Below the pieces are notes generated by a model. That model saw only the letters and a program-made list of their open reading frames with translations. It was not told the origin of the DNA and did no database searches. Both the position numbers and the translations under genes were made by a program. Of a stretch of 7,684 bases of DNA, positions 6,233 to 7,684 are shown piece by piece (positions within the stretch are counted from its first letter, which is position 1; each line of letters opens with the position of its first letter). This stretch comes from Paraspadella gotoi (taxonomy: Eukaryota; Animalia; Chaetognatha), in contig JBJCIZ010001302.1 in the NCBI GenBank assembly GCA_051294375.1, positions 1-7,684 on the forward strand. The letters are read 5' to 3'.

Positions 6233-7684
6233 TTATAACATTAACCAACACCTCCCCCCGCCCTCCCCTCCTCCACCAGTGTTCGCTTTCGACGAATCCA
6301 CTTCGACAGCCTCCAACTTCGCGTCGGAACTACGAACTTCCTTCACCCCTCGTCGATCCACGGTCCGTCTTCGTCGTCGTCGACGTCGGCCGTCGGCGGC
6401 GTCGTTTTCCGGCGTCGTCTTCGCGCCATCGACCACTCGATGGCGCGGAACCGGCGTCGTCAAGCGGCCGCTCTCGGGCAGCACGGCGTTGCTTCCGGTT
6501 GATTGTGGTCGTCGTTTCGTTAACATCAATTCTTGTGTCGTCGTATCGTCATTGTGGTTTGTCATCATCTTGTGGTCGTCGTATCGTCATTGTGGTTTGT
6601 CATCATTCCTTGTGGTCGTCGTTACGTATTGTGGTTGCATCATTTTGGTGGTCTCGTATCGTCATTGTGGTTGTCATCATCTGTGGTCCGTCGTTATCGT
6701 CATGTGGTTGTCATCAATTTGTGGTCGTCGTTTATCGTCATTGTGGTGTCATCATTCTTGGTGGTCGTCGTTATCGTCATTGTGTTGTCATATTTTTGTG
6801 GTCGTGTTATCGTCACTGTGGTTGTCATCACTTGTGGTCGTCGTTATCGTCATTGGTGGTTGTCTCATTCTGGGTCGTCCGTATCCCGTCATTGTGGTTG
6901 TCATCATTCTGTGGTCGCGTTATCGTCATTGTGGTTGTCAATCATTTTTGTGGTCGTCGTTAATCGTCATTGTGGTGTCATCATTTTGTGGTCGTCCGTT
7001 ATCGTCATTGTGGTTGTCATCATTCTTGTGTCCGTCGTTATCGTCATTGGGTTTGTCATCATACTGTGGGTCGTCGTTATCGTCATTGTGGTTGTCATCA
7101 TTCTTGGTCGTCGTTACGTCATGTGGTTGTCCATCATTTTTGTGGTCGTCGTTACGTCATTGTAGTGTCATCATTCTTGGTGGTCGTCGGTTATCGTCAA
7201 TTGTGGTTGTTCATCGATATTTGTGGTCGCGTTATCGTCATTGTGTTGTCATCATTCTTGTGGTCTTGATGTTGTCGTCGTTTTTCATCGAAGCGTCATT
7301 GTCATCTTTGACAAAGACTTTTTGTGGTTCGTCATTTATGGTTGTCGTCGGGTTGTTTGGTCAGTGGGTTGTCGTCGTTCGTCGTCGTCGGTCGTAGCTT
7401 CAAGTCATTGTGGTCGTGGGTTCTGGTCGTCCGTCGTCGCCATCGTTGTGTCGTCATTGTGGTCATCATTGTGTCGTCCTTGTGGTCGTCATTGTGGTCG
7501 TCCATTATGTCTTCATTGTGTCGTCATTGTGGCATCATTGTGGTCGTCATTTGTGTCGTCTGTGGTCGTCATGGTGGTCTATTGTGGTCGACATTGTGGT
7601 CGTCATTGTTGGTCTTAATTGTGGTTTCCTCCACAGACGACGTCATCCTTCAACAATTCGTCGTCGATCTTCGACTTCACGAAG
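6233..7684 (-). CDS. 3' part of an unidentified acidic protein with Asp/Asn/His tandem repeats (frameshifted in this sequence; 5' end outside the window)
   Basis: The minus strand from 7683 reads FVKSKIDDELLKDDVVCGGNHN and runs into NDDH units. The unique spacer ~7265-7325 reads KVFVKDDNDASMKNDDNIK, and the 39-mer reads KNDDNHNDDNDDH. The C-terminal unique part includes VVDGAKTTPENDAAD, DVDDDEDG and GVKEVRSSDAKLEAVEVDSSKANTGGGGEG. It ends at TAA 6235-6233 or at a donor near 6251. Confidence 0.55.
6530..7265. repeat. 39-bp tandem repeat, ~19 copies, consensus GTGGTCGTCGTTATCGTCATTGTGGTTGTCATCATTCTT
   Basis: Head-to-tail units differ mostly by 1-nt indels. The unit length is a multiple of 3. 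Confidence 0.95.
7405..7625. repeat. 12-bp tandem repeat TTGTGGTCGTCA (minus strand NDDH), ~15 degenerate copies
   Basis: Recurrent cattgtggtcgt, densest at 7447-7625. Confidence 0.85.

Noticed and set aside
6280-6503. A further + strand exon of the XK-like gene after the acceptor-like ctccaccag (6279)
   Set aside because: Exon 5993-6080 already closes the frame cleanly, and this segment reads as acidic protein continuous with the minus-strand gene. Not fully excluded.
6169-7618. Long + strand ORFs (264, 372, 210, 99, 131 aa) as real genes
   Set aside because: They result from a stop-free repeat unit and jump between V/I-, W/S/L- and C/H/R-rich registers at each indel. Synonymous-type variation and the unique flanks favour the minus-strand D/N/H frame.

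Overview
Eukaryotic (probably animal) genomic DNA with GT-AG introns, CT/GA microsatellites and several minisatellites. Many 1-nt indels, typical of an error-prone long read or weak consensus, hide the real genes from the ORF track. Reading across frames gives three genes. (1) The 3' end of a TMEM272-like membrane protein gene (+, last exon 425-602). (2) An apparently complete, divergent XK-related (Xkr/CED-8 family, lipid scramblase-like) gene (+, ~2436-6080, six or seven exons). It is recognised by the motif MQLIQAFCESLPQFLLQ and has a charged E/R/K insert, a long C-terminal extension, and an intron made mostly of ~20 tandem copies of its own exon-end/splice-donor sequence. (3) The 3' part of a convergent minus-strand gene (~6233 to beyond 7684) whose 39-bp and 12-bp arrays best translate as Asp/Asn/His repeats (KNDDNHNDDNDDH, NDDH). 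No prokaryotic system, CRISPR array or autonomous transposon is supported. All family calls come from motif recognition by eye, not database searches.
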